From: Wickerhamiella versatilis
Taxonomy: Eukaryota
Direction of reading: 5' to 3'
Assembly (NCBI GenBank): GCA_030867685.1
Contig: JAQOWU010000001.1
Coordinates: 1-64,000 of the forward strand
Length of the DNA stretch: 64,000 bases
Both the position numbers and the translations under genes were made by a program. Of this stretch, positions 23,042 through 32,205 are shown one piece after another (positions within the stretch are counted from its first letter, which is position 1; each line of letters begins with the position of its first letter). The notes beneath the pieces are model-generated. The model did no database searches. It was not told the DNA's origin and was given only the letters and a program-made list of their open reading frames with translations.

Positions 23042-23851
23042 ATGCCTCTGGTTATATTCAGCGGACAGCCAGCATCAGGAAAGTCTACCATCGCCCGTAA
23101 ACTATACAAATCCTTGTTGGACAGAAATCAACCTGCTGTCCTCATTGATGATGAAAAACTGGGCATAGAAAAGGAAGCTTATGCGGAACGTGAAAGTGAA
23201 AAATCCGCACGAGCACAACAGATCAGCGCAGTCAAGAGAGAATTGAGTACAGATACTGTGGTAATTTTGGATGGCATGAATTACATCAAGGGTTTCCGAT
23301 ACCAGCTTTACTGCGAAGCTCGATCACTACCCACTACTCATTGTGTGGTGTATGTAGGCGCCAGTGAAGAAAAGTGTGCGGATAACAACTCAAAATCTTC
23401 AAATCCTTGGCCAGAAGAACTGAGAAAAGCCCTATCTTTTCGTTTCGAAGAACCTAATGGTATGACTAGATGGGACTCCCCTCTATTTATTATAACGCCT
23501 GAGGATGATCTTCCGTTCGATGACATGTGGAAAAGTCTTATTGAACGCAAACCAGTGCAGCCTAAAGCCTCGACAGTGACGGTTCATCAAGCACCAGCTG
23601 ATTATATCACGATGTTAAATAACAAAACGTCTGAAACAGTGAAAGAACTATTCAGCCTCTTTAAGGATGCGCCTGGTGCAAATATTCGTGTTCATGGACG
23701 TCAAATTACTTTGCCATACAGACTCACAATGCCCCAGCTCCTAGCAATCCGGCGAACTTTTATCGGAACAAACAAGTCTGGAGGAATTCCTCCAGATCAT
23801 ATACAGGGCTTATTTACAGAATTTGCTGCTAGTAAATGGGATCTGCCTTAA
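23042..23851 (+). CDS. KTI12: Elongator-associated ATPase
   Basis: MPLVIFSGQPASGKST, DGMNYIKGFRYQLYCEA, RFEEPNGMTRWDSPLF. Confidence 0.96.
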   Translation: MPLVIFSGQPASGKSTIARKLYKSLLDRNQPAVLIDDEKLGIEKEAYAERESEKSARAQQISAVKRELSTDTVVILDGMNYIKGFRYQLYCEARSLPTTHCVVYVGASEEKCADNNSKSSNPWPEELRKALSFRFEEPNGMTRWDSPLFIITPEDDLPFDDMWKSLIERKPVQPKASTVTVHQAPADYITMLNNKTSETVKELFSLFKDAPGANIRVHGRQITLPYRLTMPQLLAIRRTFIGTNKSGGIPPDHIQGLFTEFAASKWDLP

Positions 23852-23939
23852 GTTATCCATATACCCTGACTGTAGCACATATATTTTAATCACGTTGTGT
23901 TATGTAATTTTTTTGTAGTCGTAGTCGGGCTTTTCAGGA

Positions 23940-25421
23940 ATGAGTGCACCAGCTCCCCGTTTGCAGCCGGTACGCCAGCCTGTGCTGCCTGACAAGGAGA
24001 CGGCAGAAGTTAGGTATTGGCGAGGCTACAAAGCTCCTCTTCTTATTAAAGAATCTAATGCAATCACGCATCTTCATTTTAATCCAGCCCAACCTCACGA
24101 TTTGGCCTTCACAAGCTCCACAAAGGTTCAGATTTTGAGCACTAAAACCTCGCAGGTTCAGAAAACAATTTCGAAGTTTAATGATACTGTTTACTCTGGA
24201 GAGTTCAGAAACGATGGCCGTCTACTAGTTGCGGGTGACGCTACCGGTATGATTCAGGCTTTTGATACCAGCTCCCGCAACGTTTTGGTGACTCTTAAGC
24301 CAACTCAGTATCCTGTACATGTCACCAAGTTTCATCCTTCCTCTCTTGCCACCCTTCTTAGTGCTTCTGATGACCGGGTGGCTCGGTTGTGGGACCTGAC
24401 CTCCAGTGATCCTCTTGCTGAGTTTGCTGAGCACGACGATTATATTCGAACAGCATGCTTCGTTGGATCGATGGGCCTTGTCATGACAGGCTGTTACGAT
24501 GGCATTGTAAGACTGTGGGACCCTCGGGCTCCTGGGAAAGCTGTCGCCAGTTATAATCAAACGGAACCAGTTGAGAGTGTTTTGGCTCTCAATGATTCGA
24601 CTATTGCTGCTGCTGCGGGTCCCCAGGTCAAGATTTGGGACCTAACAGCGGGCAGACCGTTGGTAACATTGGCAAATTTCCAGAAGACAGTGACATCCTT
24701 GAGTCCAGCTGGAGAACGAGGGTTTCTGGCTAGCTCGCTGGATGGTCATGTTAAAGTATTTGACGTTGCACACTCGCAGTTCCCTGTCACCTTCGGTTGG
24801 AAATTTGGTGGTCCTGCGCTTACAACAGCGATAAGTCCAGACTCAAAGCAGATTGCAACGGGACTTACCAGCGGACTGCTTACCGTCCGCACTCGCAAGA
24901 GTGAGCCGAAAGTACGGCAGGGTGTTAAGCAGCCAAAGACGGGTAACTTCTCCCGCATGATTCGCGGTGCTGAGTATCGTGGCGAATTCGAGCAGCATAT
25001 ACTTTCCAGTGTGAACAAACCGCGCACTGCTGGAAGATTGAAACCTTTCGAGCGTCATATCAAGGCCTTTAGGTGGGCAGATGCACTGGATGCTGCGTTC
25101 ACTGGTAATAATGATCAGACTACAATGGTTCTTGAGGAACTTCGTAAAAGAGGCAAGATTCGCGTAAGTCTGGCAGGGCGTGATGATGAGAGCCTAGAGC
25201 CATTGATAAAGTGGTGCAGCCGCTCCATCACTTCTCCTGCGCTAGTGGAATTATCATCTGAGTGGCTTCGTGAAGCACTGGCCATGTACGGCCCATTAAT
25301 AGAGCGGAGTCCCTTACTGCATGGAGTCCTTCAACAATTGACTACGAGGGTGCATCAACAAGTCAGATTAAGTAAAGATTCTGACAGCGTCATCGGAATG
25401 CTTGATTTCCTTATGGCATGA
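23940..25421 (+). CDS. UTP15: SSU processome WD40 protein
   Basis: EVRYWRGYK N-terminus, WD40 repeats (FRNDGRLLVAGD, HDDYIR), C-terminal ALAGRD-like motif. Confidence 0.93.
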   Translation: MSAPAPRLQPVRQPVLPDKETAEVRYWRGYKAPLLIKESNAITHLHFNPAQPHDLAFTSSTKVQILSTKTSQVQKTISKFNDTVYSGEFRNDGRLLVAGDATGMIQAFDTSSRNVLVTLKPTQYPVHVTKFHPSSLATLLSASDDRVARLWDLTSSDPLAEFAEHDDYIRTACFVGSMGLVMTGCYDGIVRLWDPRAPGKAVASYNQTEPVESVLALNDSTIAAAAGPQVKIWDLTAGRPLVTLANFQKTVTSLSPAGERGFLASSLDGHVKVFDVAHSQFPVTFGWKFGGPALTTAISPDSKQIATGLTSGLLTVRTRKSEPKVRQGVKQPKTGNFSRMIRGAEYRGEFEQHILSSVNKPRTAGRLKPFERHIKAFRWADALDAAFTGNNDQTTMVLEELRKRGKIRVSLAGRDDESLEPLIKWCSRSITSPALVELSSEWLREALAMYGPLIERSPLLHGVLQQLTTRVHQQVRLSKDSDSVIGMLDFLMA

Positions 25422-25538
25422 GTAGTATAAAATGTTTAAGTTTCGTGTATATATAAATATATATATTTGCCCTATTTGCTCTTTTTGATCCATTCTTCTG
25501 AGCTATCAGTCTCAAGGTTTGTAATCAGAAAAAATGTC

Positions 25539-26987
25539 ATGTTCGGGTCATGGAGGTCGGTGAAACTTCTGACCGCTATTCCCAGACGGTACTTCAGCTT
25601 GACCCGAGCAGCTCGTAATGTGCCTTGGTATGAGCAGGAAGTTTCGAAAACGCAACCCTCTTCGGAACCTTCCCTGCCCGCGCTCCCAGTGGATTCGCCT
25701 CGAATTCTTCCACCCCTTGCCAACTTCGTGGCTAAGAACTTAGGCTTGAGCGATTTAGAAATTATTGATGCTCGATCGAAAAAAATCGCTATGGGCCCGG
25801 CATTGATGCTGGTAGGGACCGGTAGATCGTCAAGGCATTTGGCGGCTGCAGCTACGGAACTAATACGATGGTTAAAGGATGAATATGGTATTGTCACGGA
25901 TAATGAGGGCCTTCTGTCATCCAACTTCATCCGCATTCATAATCGGCGTGCTCGCCGCCGAGCCGAAAGTCGTCGCATGGCATCTGGCTCTCCGCAACGA
26001 TTCACGAAAGCAGACTCTTGGGTTAGCATTGATACACATTCTGACAATGTTTATGTTCATCTTTTCACCTCTGACCGCCGTCAAGATGTTGACTTACCCT
26101 CTCTTATTGATGATGATCCTTTAGTGGAGTGTGCTGAAGCACTTGAGGACTATAGACCTCCCGCAAGATTACCAGATGGTCGTAGAAGTATGCACACAGC
26201 CACTAGTGTTTCCCCAGAACCTTTGAATGTGATGGTTTCGGGTCCAGCTGCGGCTGTGCGATCTGCTTTAGAGAATCAGGCTGCAGGTAATGTATTGAAC
26301 GATGATGGTATCGAGAATGTCCTTAGAGAGATATGCTATGGTGGTCAGTCTTATTTCTCGAGCCTCGGTGCATCTGATCCTGTCTCTCGAGATAGGTGGG
26401 CGGCTCTTTGTGATGCTAAGGCCGCTCTTCTTCTCAAATTTTATAGTGATGTTCTTCGTCCGCAAGGCAGGTCCTTGCTGTTGGAGCCCCGTTGGGTTTT
26501 GCTGTTGTATCGGACGTTTTGCTCTCCTTCTAGAGAATCTGTGAATGTGACGGACGCCCTCAGGGCCCCTTATCCGGTTTCATCACTCGACATGTTTCAT
26601 AATTTCCGTCTCCCACCATTCAGGCTGATTCTAGAGAAGCAAAATGCGCTATTTGATACTGAAACGTTCTTGCTTGTTCTACAGACCCTGGCAAATGGGC
26701 ATACTTGGGACACATTCTGGCGATTGTTAGATACGGTCACGTCTACGTCTGTAGTCGACCCAAAAATACTTGAAGCCGCGTTGGCTTTAATTGTACGTGG
26801 TGGCTCTGAACGCCAGCTTCGATACGCTCTTTCCTCTTTCTTACCGGAGTTACTTTTGAGGGAGGGGTCAGCATTGACTCCATCCATGGTACTTGCACTG
26901 AAGAGTGGACTTGCTTTCTGCGATCCTGAAAAGAAGAGCTTTGGATCTCTTCGTGAACTTGTACAGGATACTCTGCCTGCGTCCTAA
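25539..26987 (+). CDS. ATP25: Mitochondrial ATP synthase assembly / RsfS-domain protein
   Basis: Presequence-like N-terminus (RRYFSL), PWY motif, RsfS-like MLVGTGRSSRHL...EGLLS...SWVSIDT...VHLFT; start at ATG 25539. Confidence 0.85.
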   Translation: MFGSWRSVKLLTAIPRRYFSLTRAARNVPWYEQEVSKTQPSSEPSLPALPVDSPRILPPLANFVAKNLGLSDLEIIDARSKKIAMGPALMLVGTGRSSRHLAAAATELIRWLKDEYGIVTDNEGLLSSNFIRIHNRRARRRAESRRMASGSPQRFTKADSWVSIDTHSDNVYVHLFTSDRRQDVDLPSLIDDDPLVECAEALEDYRPPARLPDGRRSMHTATSVSPEPLNVMVSGPAAAVRSALENQAAGNVLNDDGIENVLREICYGGQSYFSSLGASDPVSRDRWAALCDAKAALLLKFYSDVLRPQGRSLLLEPRWVLLLYRTFCSPSRESVNVTDALRAPYPVSSLDMFHNFRLPPFRLILEKQNALFDTETFLLVLQTLANGHTWDTFWRLLDTVTSTSVVDPKILEAALALIVRGGSERQLRYALSSFLPELLLREGSALTPSMVLALKSGLAFCDPEKKSFGSLRELVQDTLPAS

Positions 26988-27069
26988 TCCCACATTAAAC
27001 TTGGTATGTTGTTTAGAAAATTAAAGATTGTAGGTATGCATTCGTGAACTAAAGGCTTATTCTAGGTCT

Positions 27070-27070
27070 T

Positions 27071-27102
<32 letters not shown>
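27070..27102. repeat. Compound (TA)n(TG)n microsatellite
   Basis: tatatatatatatatatgtgtgtgtgtgtgtg read directly. Confidence 0.95.
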
Positions 27103-27103
<1 letters not shown>

Positions 27104-27419
27104 ATTTCGTCCGTATCTCGTTCAGGGTTCATCCATCTGCTCTGCGAGGGATGAGACATGCAAATTGAATACGTACCTTAATTTGACATTATATCTGGCA
27201 ATGTTTTGCCCAGACATTCCCAAACAATTTAAAACTAAATAGGGCATATGGAACCTTTGATCAAACCCGGATATAAAAAAATTAACAATTAACCTGTTAC
27301 AGGGAGCACTAAGTATAGTCTTTGGGATACACTTAATTTCAAATGCGATATCAATATCTGTAATGCAATATGCGGAGTACGAGAGGAGATATGATCAAAA
27401 TGGAGCAAAAAGCTAATAA

Positions 27420-28076
27420 TTATTGAGGCAGCTCTGATTTAATTACTGGCGGCCGAAAGGAGAACAACAGGTAAGCTTCTTTAGTCCAAGGGCCTTCATG
27501 AGGAGCGTCAGCTGGCATATTTTCGAATGGAGATTTTCGTGGTTGAGGCAATTCATTAACGCCCACGATCGTAGGCTCAAGTTCTGGATCACTACTTAGA
27601 AGTAGACACTCATCATCGGAAACATTTGCGGGAGAATCAAGTTCTGGATCAGAACCAGGATCAGAACCAGGATCAGTCTCATCAGGTTTCTGTCTCTTTG
27701 CAGAAGAGAAAAACGAAAAAGGCTGATAGCCACTAAGGATATCATCAAACGACGGTCCATCGTCTCTCGATGGGCGCGCCTTTTTAAGAGGAGAGGATGA
27801 TGGTGGAATAGGAAGGGGCTTCTGCTTCGTTTTTATTTCACTAAGCTCACCCACATCCACGAGAAAATTACCAACGCGTACCCTTGTTCCTTGCTCAGGC
27901 AATGTAGAGTCCCCAACCATGAAAGTTTCAGCCACTCGATGGTTCGTGTCGAGGTCAATTAGAACCAGCTTTTTGTTGGCATGAAAAAACTTGCAAATGC
28001 CATCGTACCACTTCTTTCTCTTTTGTACCAATTGAGGAGTGTACATTGCTTCATAGACATGAACAGAAGCATCCAT
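27420..28076 (-). CDS. MTE1: ZGRF1-like N-terminal (DUF2439) protein, Mte1/Dbl2 family
   Basis: YEAMYTPQLVQKRKKWYDG DUF2439 motif and C-terminal GPWTKEAYLLFSFRPP; start at ATG 28076. Confidence 0.8.
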   Translation of the reverse strand: MDASVHVYEAMYTPQLVQKRKKWYDGICKFFHANKKLVLIDLDTNHRVAETFMVGDSTLPEQGTRVRVGNFLVDVGELSEIKTKQKPLPIPPSSSPLKKARPSRDDGPSFDDILSGYQPFSFFSSAKRQKPDETDPGSDPGSDPELDSPANVSDDECLLLSSDPELEPTIVGVNELPQPRKSPFENMPADAPHEGPWTKEAYLLFSFRPPVIKSELPQ

Positions 28077-28226
28077 GCGCCGCAGATACTGACTAACAGA
28101 GGCGACGCGAGAATGATCATAAGATGAACGGATAAAAAGCATTGAAATATGCCAAGCCAAAATTGGCTTTCCCGCTGCACTGGTAGGAAGAGATTATTAC
28201 AGAAAGAGATACCCTCAGCCCGCCAA

Positions 28227-29174
28227 TTATTCTTTTATTGAGTTCTTAGCCACTTTAGAGCCAATAGGGCTGCAAAGATTGCATTGGTTGCAGAGCGATG
28301 GCCTACAATTGGAGCGTTGCGGCCCTGATAGTGTCTTCGATTTACACCTCGAACACTTGGCCTCACCACGGTATCTCCAGATGCGTCGTTTTATGGGCGG
28401 ACCTGTTGAAACGACAAATTTCGTATGTGATTCTTCAGCAAAATTTGGACCATTTGCAACGCTGAATGGAAACTGTTTACTGGAATTTCGAGGCAAAGGG
28501 GCGTTATATGGGACTTGCCGCATGTAAGGATGCATAGACATGGCGGCGCTGTAGGGCATTGGCATCATCATTGGCATATAGTAACCAGGACAGGGCCTCA
28601 TTGATGGCATTGAGGGAAAAGATGGCCCCTGGTGATATTGTGGATAGTTTTGTGGATAACTTGGAGGAGGTGATGGCTTTCCATCGCTTTGCGTAGAGGA
28701 TTCTGGGGATGGATAGCAGCTTTCCTGTGACCGAAGAGGTTCATCCAGCATAGCTGTCAACTTTTTTAGCTTCTCCAAGACAATATTACGACTCTCTAGA
28801 TCACCGGAGGCCAAACATCTCTCTGCTTTTTCCCACGTCTCTCGTATAGAATCAAACCCAGAGTCTCCCATTTTTTCAGGGAAGTTACTCGCTTCTTTCT
28901 CTACGTAATTTCTTGATGGGCTTAATTCATGCATCTGTGTATGCACTCTTGAAGACTGCAATGTACGTGATCTTAATTGCCTCTTGTCGCGGCCTCGAGG
29001 GGATGGGGATTCGACTGATGGCTGAGGTGAAGGGGATGCCAATTGGGGTCTTCGGTCTTTGCTATTTGAGGACATCCTTATCAGTGGGGTTATCCCACCT
29101 TTCATAATAACTGCTATGGATCCGAGTTTACTAAATACTGATAGACTATTAACTGTATTGGGTAAATCGAACAT
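28227..29174 (-). CDS. Low-complexity protein with degenerate GATA-type C-X2-C-X17-C-X2-C finger
   Basis: CSRC-KSKTLSGPQRSNCRPSL-CNQC spacing and Pro/Met/Ser-rich regions. True start uncertain. Confidence 0.5.
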   Translation of the reverse strand: MFDLPNTVNSLSVFSKLGSIAVIMKGGITPLIRMSSNSKDRRPQLASPSPQPSVESPSPRGRDKRQLRSRTLQSSRVHTQMHELSPSRNYVEKEASNFPEKMGDSGFDSIRETWEKAERCLASGDLESRNIVLEKLKKLTAMLDEPLRSQESCYPSPESSTQSDGKPSPPPSYPQNYPQYHQGPSFPSMPSMRPCPGYYMPMMMPMPYSAAMSMHPYMRQVPYNAPLPRNSSKQFPFSVANGPNFAEESHTKFVVSTGPPIKRRIWRYRGEAKCSRCKSKTLSGPQRSNCRPSLCNQCNLCSPIGSKVAKNSIKE

Positions 29175-29687
29175 AACTAGTCTTACTTATTTGAGGAGCT
29201 TTTACAGAAGCATGTGCATCAACTATTACCAGTTTAGAAAAGAACAATACTCCGGGTAATAAAAATGTTGAGCATTTCAGAAAGGATTATTTTATTAGTG
29301 TGAGGACTACTAAGGATGAGTGGCAGAAAAAGGAGTAGCTAAAGGATATAAATCCACTATATAGGATGTTTTACTTTTACTTTTCCACCCCCCCAAAAAA
29401 CTATTTTTTTTTCAGAAAGCAAGAAAAAGAAATGACGATATGGCAATAAGATCTACCAACTGGCAATAATAATATATAGTGCTCTCACCACTAACCGGAA
29501 TGTAAAATAAAGCTACGAAAAATATTAACATATCAAGTAATAGAGGAATTCCCCCATGACGAGAGAGAAATAAGTAAAATGGAGAACCTTCCAAACAGGT
29601 AGCATATAGTAAAAAGGGTTGCAAAAAAAGGTAGTTCACTAAGGCCGGACCACACAGAACATTTCCAATCTAACTTTTTGGGCTTAA

Positions 29688-31673
29688 ATGGTCAAGACGA
29701 GGCCTGCAGTACCGCCTAGACCAGCTCATTTACCCAGAAGACCGAAAACACTCATAGAAAGCGGCCATGAGCTGCCGGAGAATGGCGATAATGTTTACAA
29801 TCCTGGATGTGTCCCTCATAGCGCTCCAACCCAACCAATAAACATTGCATTGATAAACTCCATTGTAACAGATCACCGGACTCCGAAATTTGAGGTTGGC
29901 ACCAAAGCTATAAAGGATGCCAAGGTTTGGTGCACTTCTCATTCACTGGTAGCCATGGGAAGCTCAAGGCTAAGAATATATCACGTAAAGAATTGGCAGT
30001 TGAAATATGAAATACCTGTGACTCCCCGAGCCGTGATTTTCGCTTCAGGAAAATTATGGGTAGCATTAACTTCAGGAAAGCTCCAAGTTTACTCTGATGG
30101 TAGGCTAGAGGCTGAGCTATACACTTCACATAAAATGAACTCAGACTTTCTAGTAGATACGCCTGAAGAGGTTTTGTCCCTGAACTTCAATGGGAAAATA
30201 GAAGTATGGAGTAAATCATCAGAAGTGAGGTTTCTACAGACAAGGCGTACTTTAGCACATGCAAGTTTTGTTTTCTGGTGCCAAGGAAATTTGTGGGTTT
30301 GTCGTGGGAAAGAGATATGTATCCAAACACCTTTGGAAACAGTTGATCGAATTCAAAGACTAAAGATGACAACTGACATTAGTTCATGGTGTGTTGTTGA
30401 CGATCTAGTACTTATAGGAGACACCTATGGTAAAGTTTCCTTGTTCAAGAATCAAGAACTACAAAAAGCAGTACGGATTACAATATATTCTATTACAAGC
30501 ATCACATGTTGCCAGGGATGTTGGTGGGCTGGGACAATACTAGGGTCAATAATAGTTTTGAACAGGGATTGCTCAAAAATTCTACGTGAGTTCAAAACTC
30601 ACGACGTACCTGCTTATGTTTCTTCCACGGATAGATTCATCTTATCGACTGATCAGTCTAATGTGGTCAAAGCATGGGAAGCCACAGAGCAGTGTATGCA
30701 TACAAAAGCTGGTCCATCAAGCAACTTGAAGGTCGACATACTAACATGGAACCTCAATGCTTTGAAGCCATCGGATATTAATTTGAATATATTGTTTGGA
30801 CCAGTCAAAAATCCCGATATTTTAGTTGTCGGATTCCAGGAAGTGATTAGGCTAGAGAGTACAGGGAATCAAGCGAGACTGTTGATAAGAGGAAACAAGG
30901 AAGCTAAAAATACACTCGAACATACAAAATGGGTCAGAACACTTCGTGATTTATTCCCCGACTTACAAGTGGTATGTGCAAAGTCACTCGTTGGATTGTT
31001 TTGTTGCGTCCTCACAAAAAAGGGCCTTCGGCCAAAAAACACGCACATATCCATAGTCAAAACAGGTCTGGGAGGAAGATATGGAAATAAGGGTGGCATA
31101 ATCGTGGAATTCAAGGTCGGAACAACTTCATTCTGTTTTGTAAATTGCCACCTAGCAGCAGGGTACTCGGCAATAGACCAGCGAAATGGTGAAGCAGAAT
31201 TGATCCTTCGAAATCGTATTTCACCAGAATGTATTCAAGAAGGAGTACGTAGCTCTTCTTCGACTGTACTAGACCATGACATTTGTTTCTTTTTTGGAGA
31301 TACGAACTACCGCGTTACCGCTGCAAGGAGGAGAGCGAGCAAAATAATCGAAACCGGGAATTACGAAGAACTGCAAGGATATGACCAGCTTAGAAGACAG
31401 ATAGTGAAAAACCCTACTCTCCGCCTTGCCAGTTTTCAAGAAGCACCTATAGGATTTGCACCAACATACAAGTTTGACCCAGGTACAACCACCTACGATT
31501 CCAGCGATAAAAAGAGGGTACCCGCATGGTGTGATAGGATATTATTTCGAGGCAAAGATATACAGCCAGTCAACTATATATCCATTGATGAACGAGCCTC
31601 AGACCATCGCCCAGTATTTGGCTCCTATATTGTTCCCACATATGGGATCATTGATCAGATACATCAAACCTAG
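29688..31673 (+). CDS. Inositol polyphosphate 5-phosphatase with beta-propeller-like N-terminus
   Basis: TWN, VVGFQE, GNKGG, FCFVNCHLAAG, GDTNYR, PTYKFD, PAWCDRIL and SDHRPV motifs. Confidence 0.9.
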   Translation: MVKTRPAVPPRPAHLPRRPKTLIESGHELPENGDNVYNPGCVPHSAPTQPINIALINSIVTDHRTPKFEVGTKAIKDAKVWCTSHSLVAMGSSRLRIYHVKNWQLKYEIPVTPRAVIFASGKLWVALTSGKLQVYSDGRLEAELYTSHKMNSDFLVDTPEEVLSLNFNGKIEVWSKSSEVRFLQTRRTLAHASFVFWCQGNLWVCRGKEICIQTPLETVDRIQRLKMTTDISSWCVVDDLVLIGDTYGKVSLFKNQELQKAVRITIYSITSITCCQGCWWAGTILGSIIVLNRDCSKILREFKTHDVPAYVSSTDRFILSTDQSNVVKAWEATEQCMHTKAGPSSNLKVDILTWNLNALKPSDINLNILFGPVKNPDILVVGFQEVIRLESTGNQARLLIRGNKEAKNTLEHTKWVRTLRDLFPDLQVVCAKSLVGLFCCVLTKKGLRPKNTHISIVKTGLGGRYGNKGGIIVEFKVGTTSFCFVNCHLAAGYSAIDQRNGEAELILRNRISPECIQEGVRSSSSTVLDHDICFFFGDTNYRVTAARRRASKIIETGNYEELQGYDQLRRQIVKNPTLRLASFQEAPIGFAPTYKFDPGTTTYDSSDKKRVPAWCDRILFRGKDIQPVNYISIDERASDHRPVFGSYIVPTYGIIDQIHQT

Positions 31674-32205
31674 TCTACAAACAATGCCAACATGCCCATA
31701 TATTAACTTGCAACTACAAGTACATTATGTGAAAATACAAATTAAAGATAATATGTCGGATGTTTTGTGGAAAAAAACTTGTTAAAATATGTTAAATAAA
31801 TTAGCAATGCCTGCTGGCAAACTTACAAAAGTTCATTGGATGGATCTTCAAAGCTGCAAGTAAACGACTAAAGTAGCGAAATACTTGGTATGAATACCCC
31901 GTCTTTCAACTTGCAGCCATCGGCGTCCAAATATCACAGTCAAGCAAGTGTGTAATATAAGCAAGATAAGCTATGCATCGCCAGGAACAGACACTAAACA
32001 AGATAGACCTTCATATTCGCATTCATTGCCATATTTGTCGACCGAGGAAGTAGATAGGCAATCATATACTATGGAAAAAAAAGATTTATTTATTGTTTTT
32101 GGTATCCCCTAGTCCTGGCTCTGATTGCGAAGGAGCAAGCACTCACCCTAACCCAAAGAATTCAATCTACCTCTCTGAGTGTTTACTGGATAGCTGTCTT
32201 TCTTC

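Noticed and set aside
27103-27190. Hammerhead-like or U1/U6-like words next to the microsatellite
   Set aside because: The core does not match CUGANGA, stem II does not pair, and snRNA hallmark sequences are absent.
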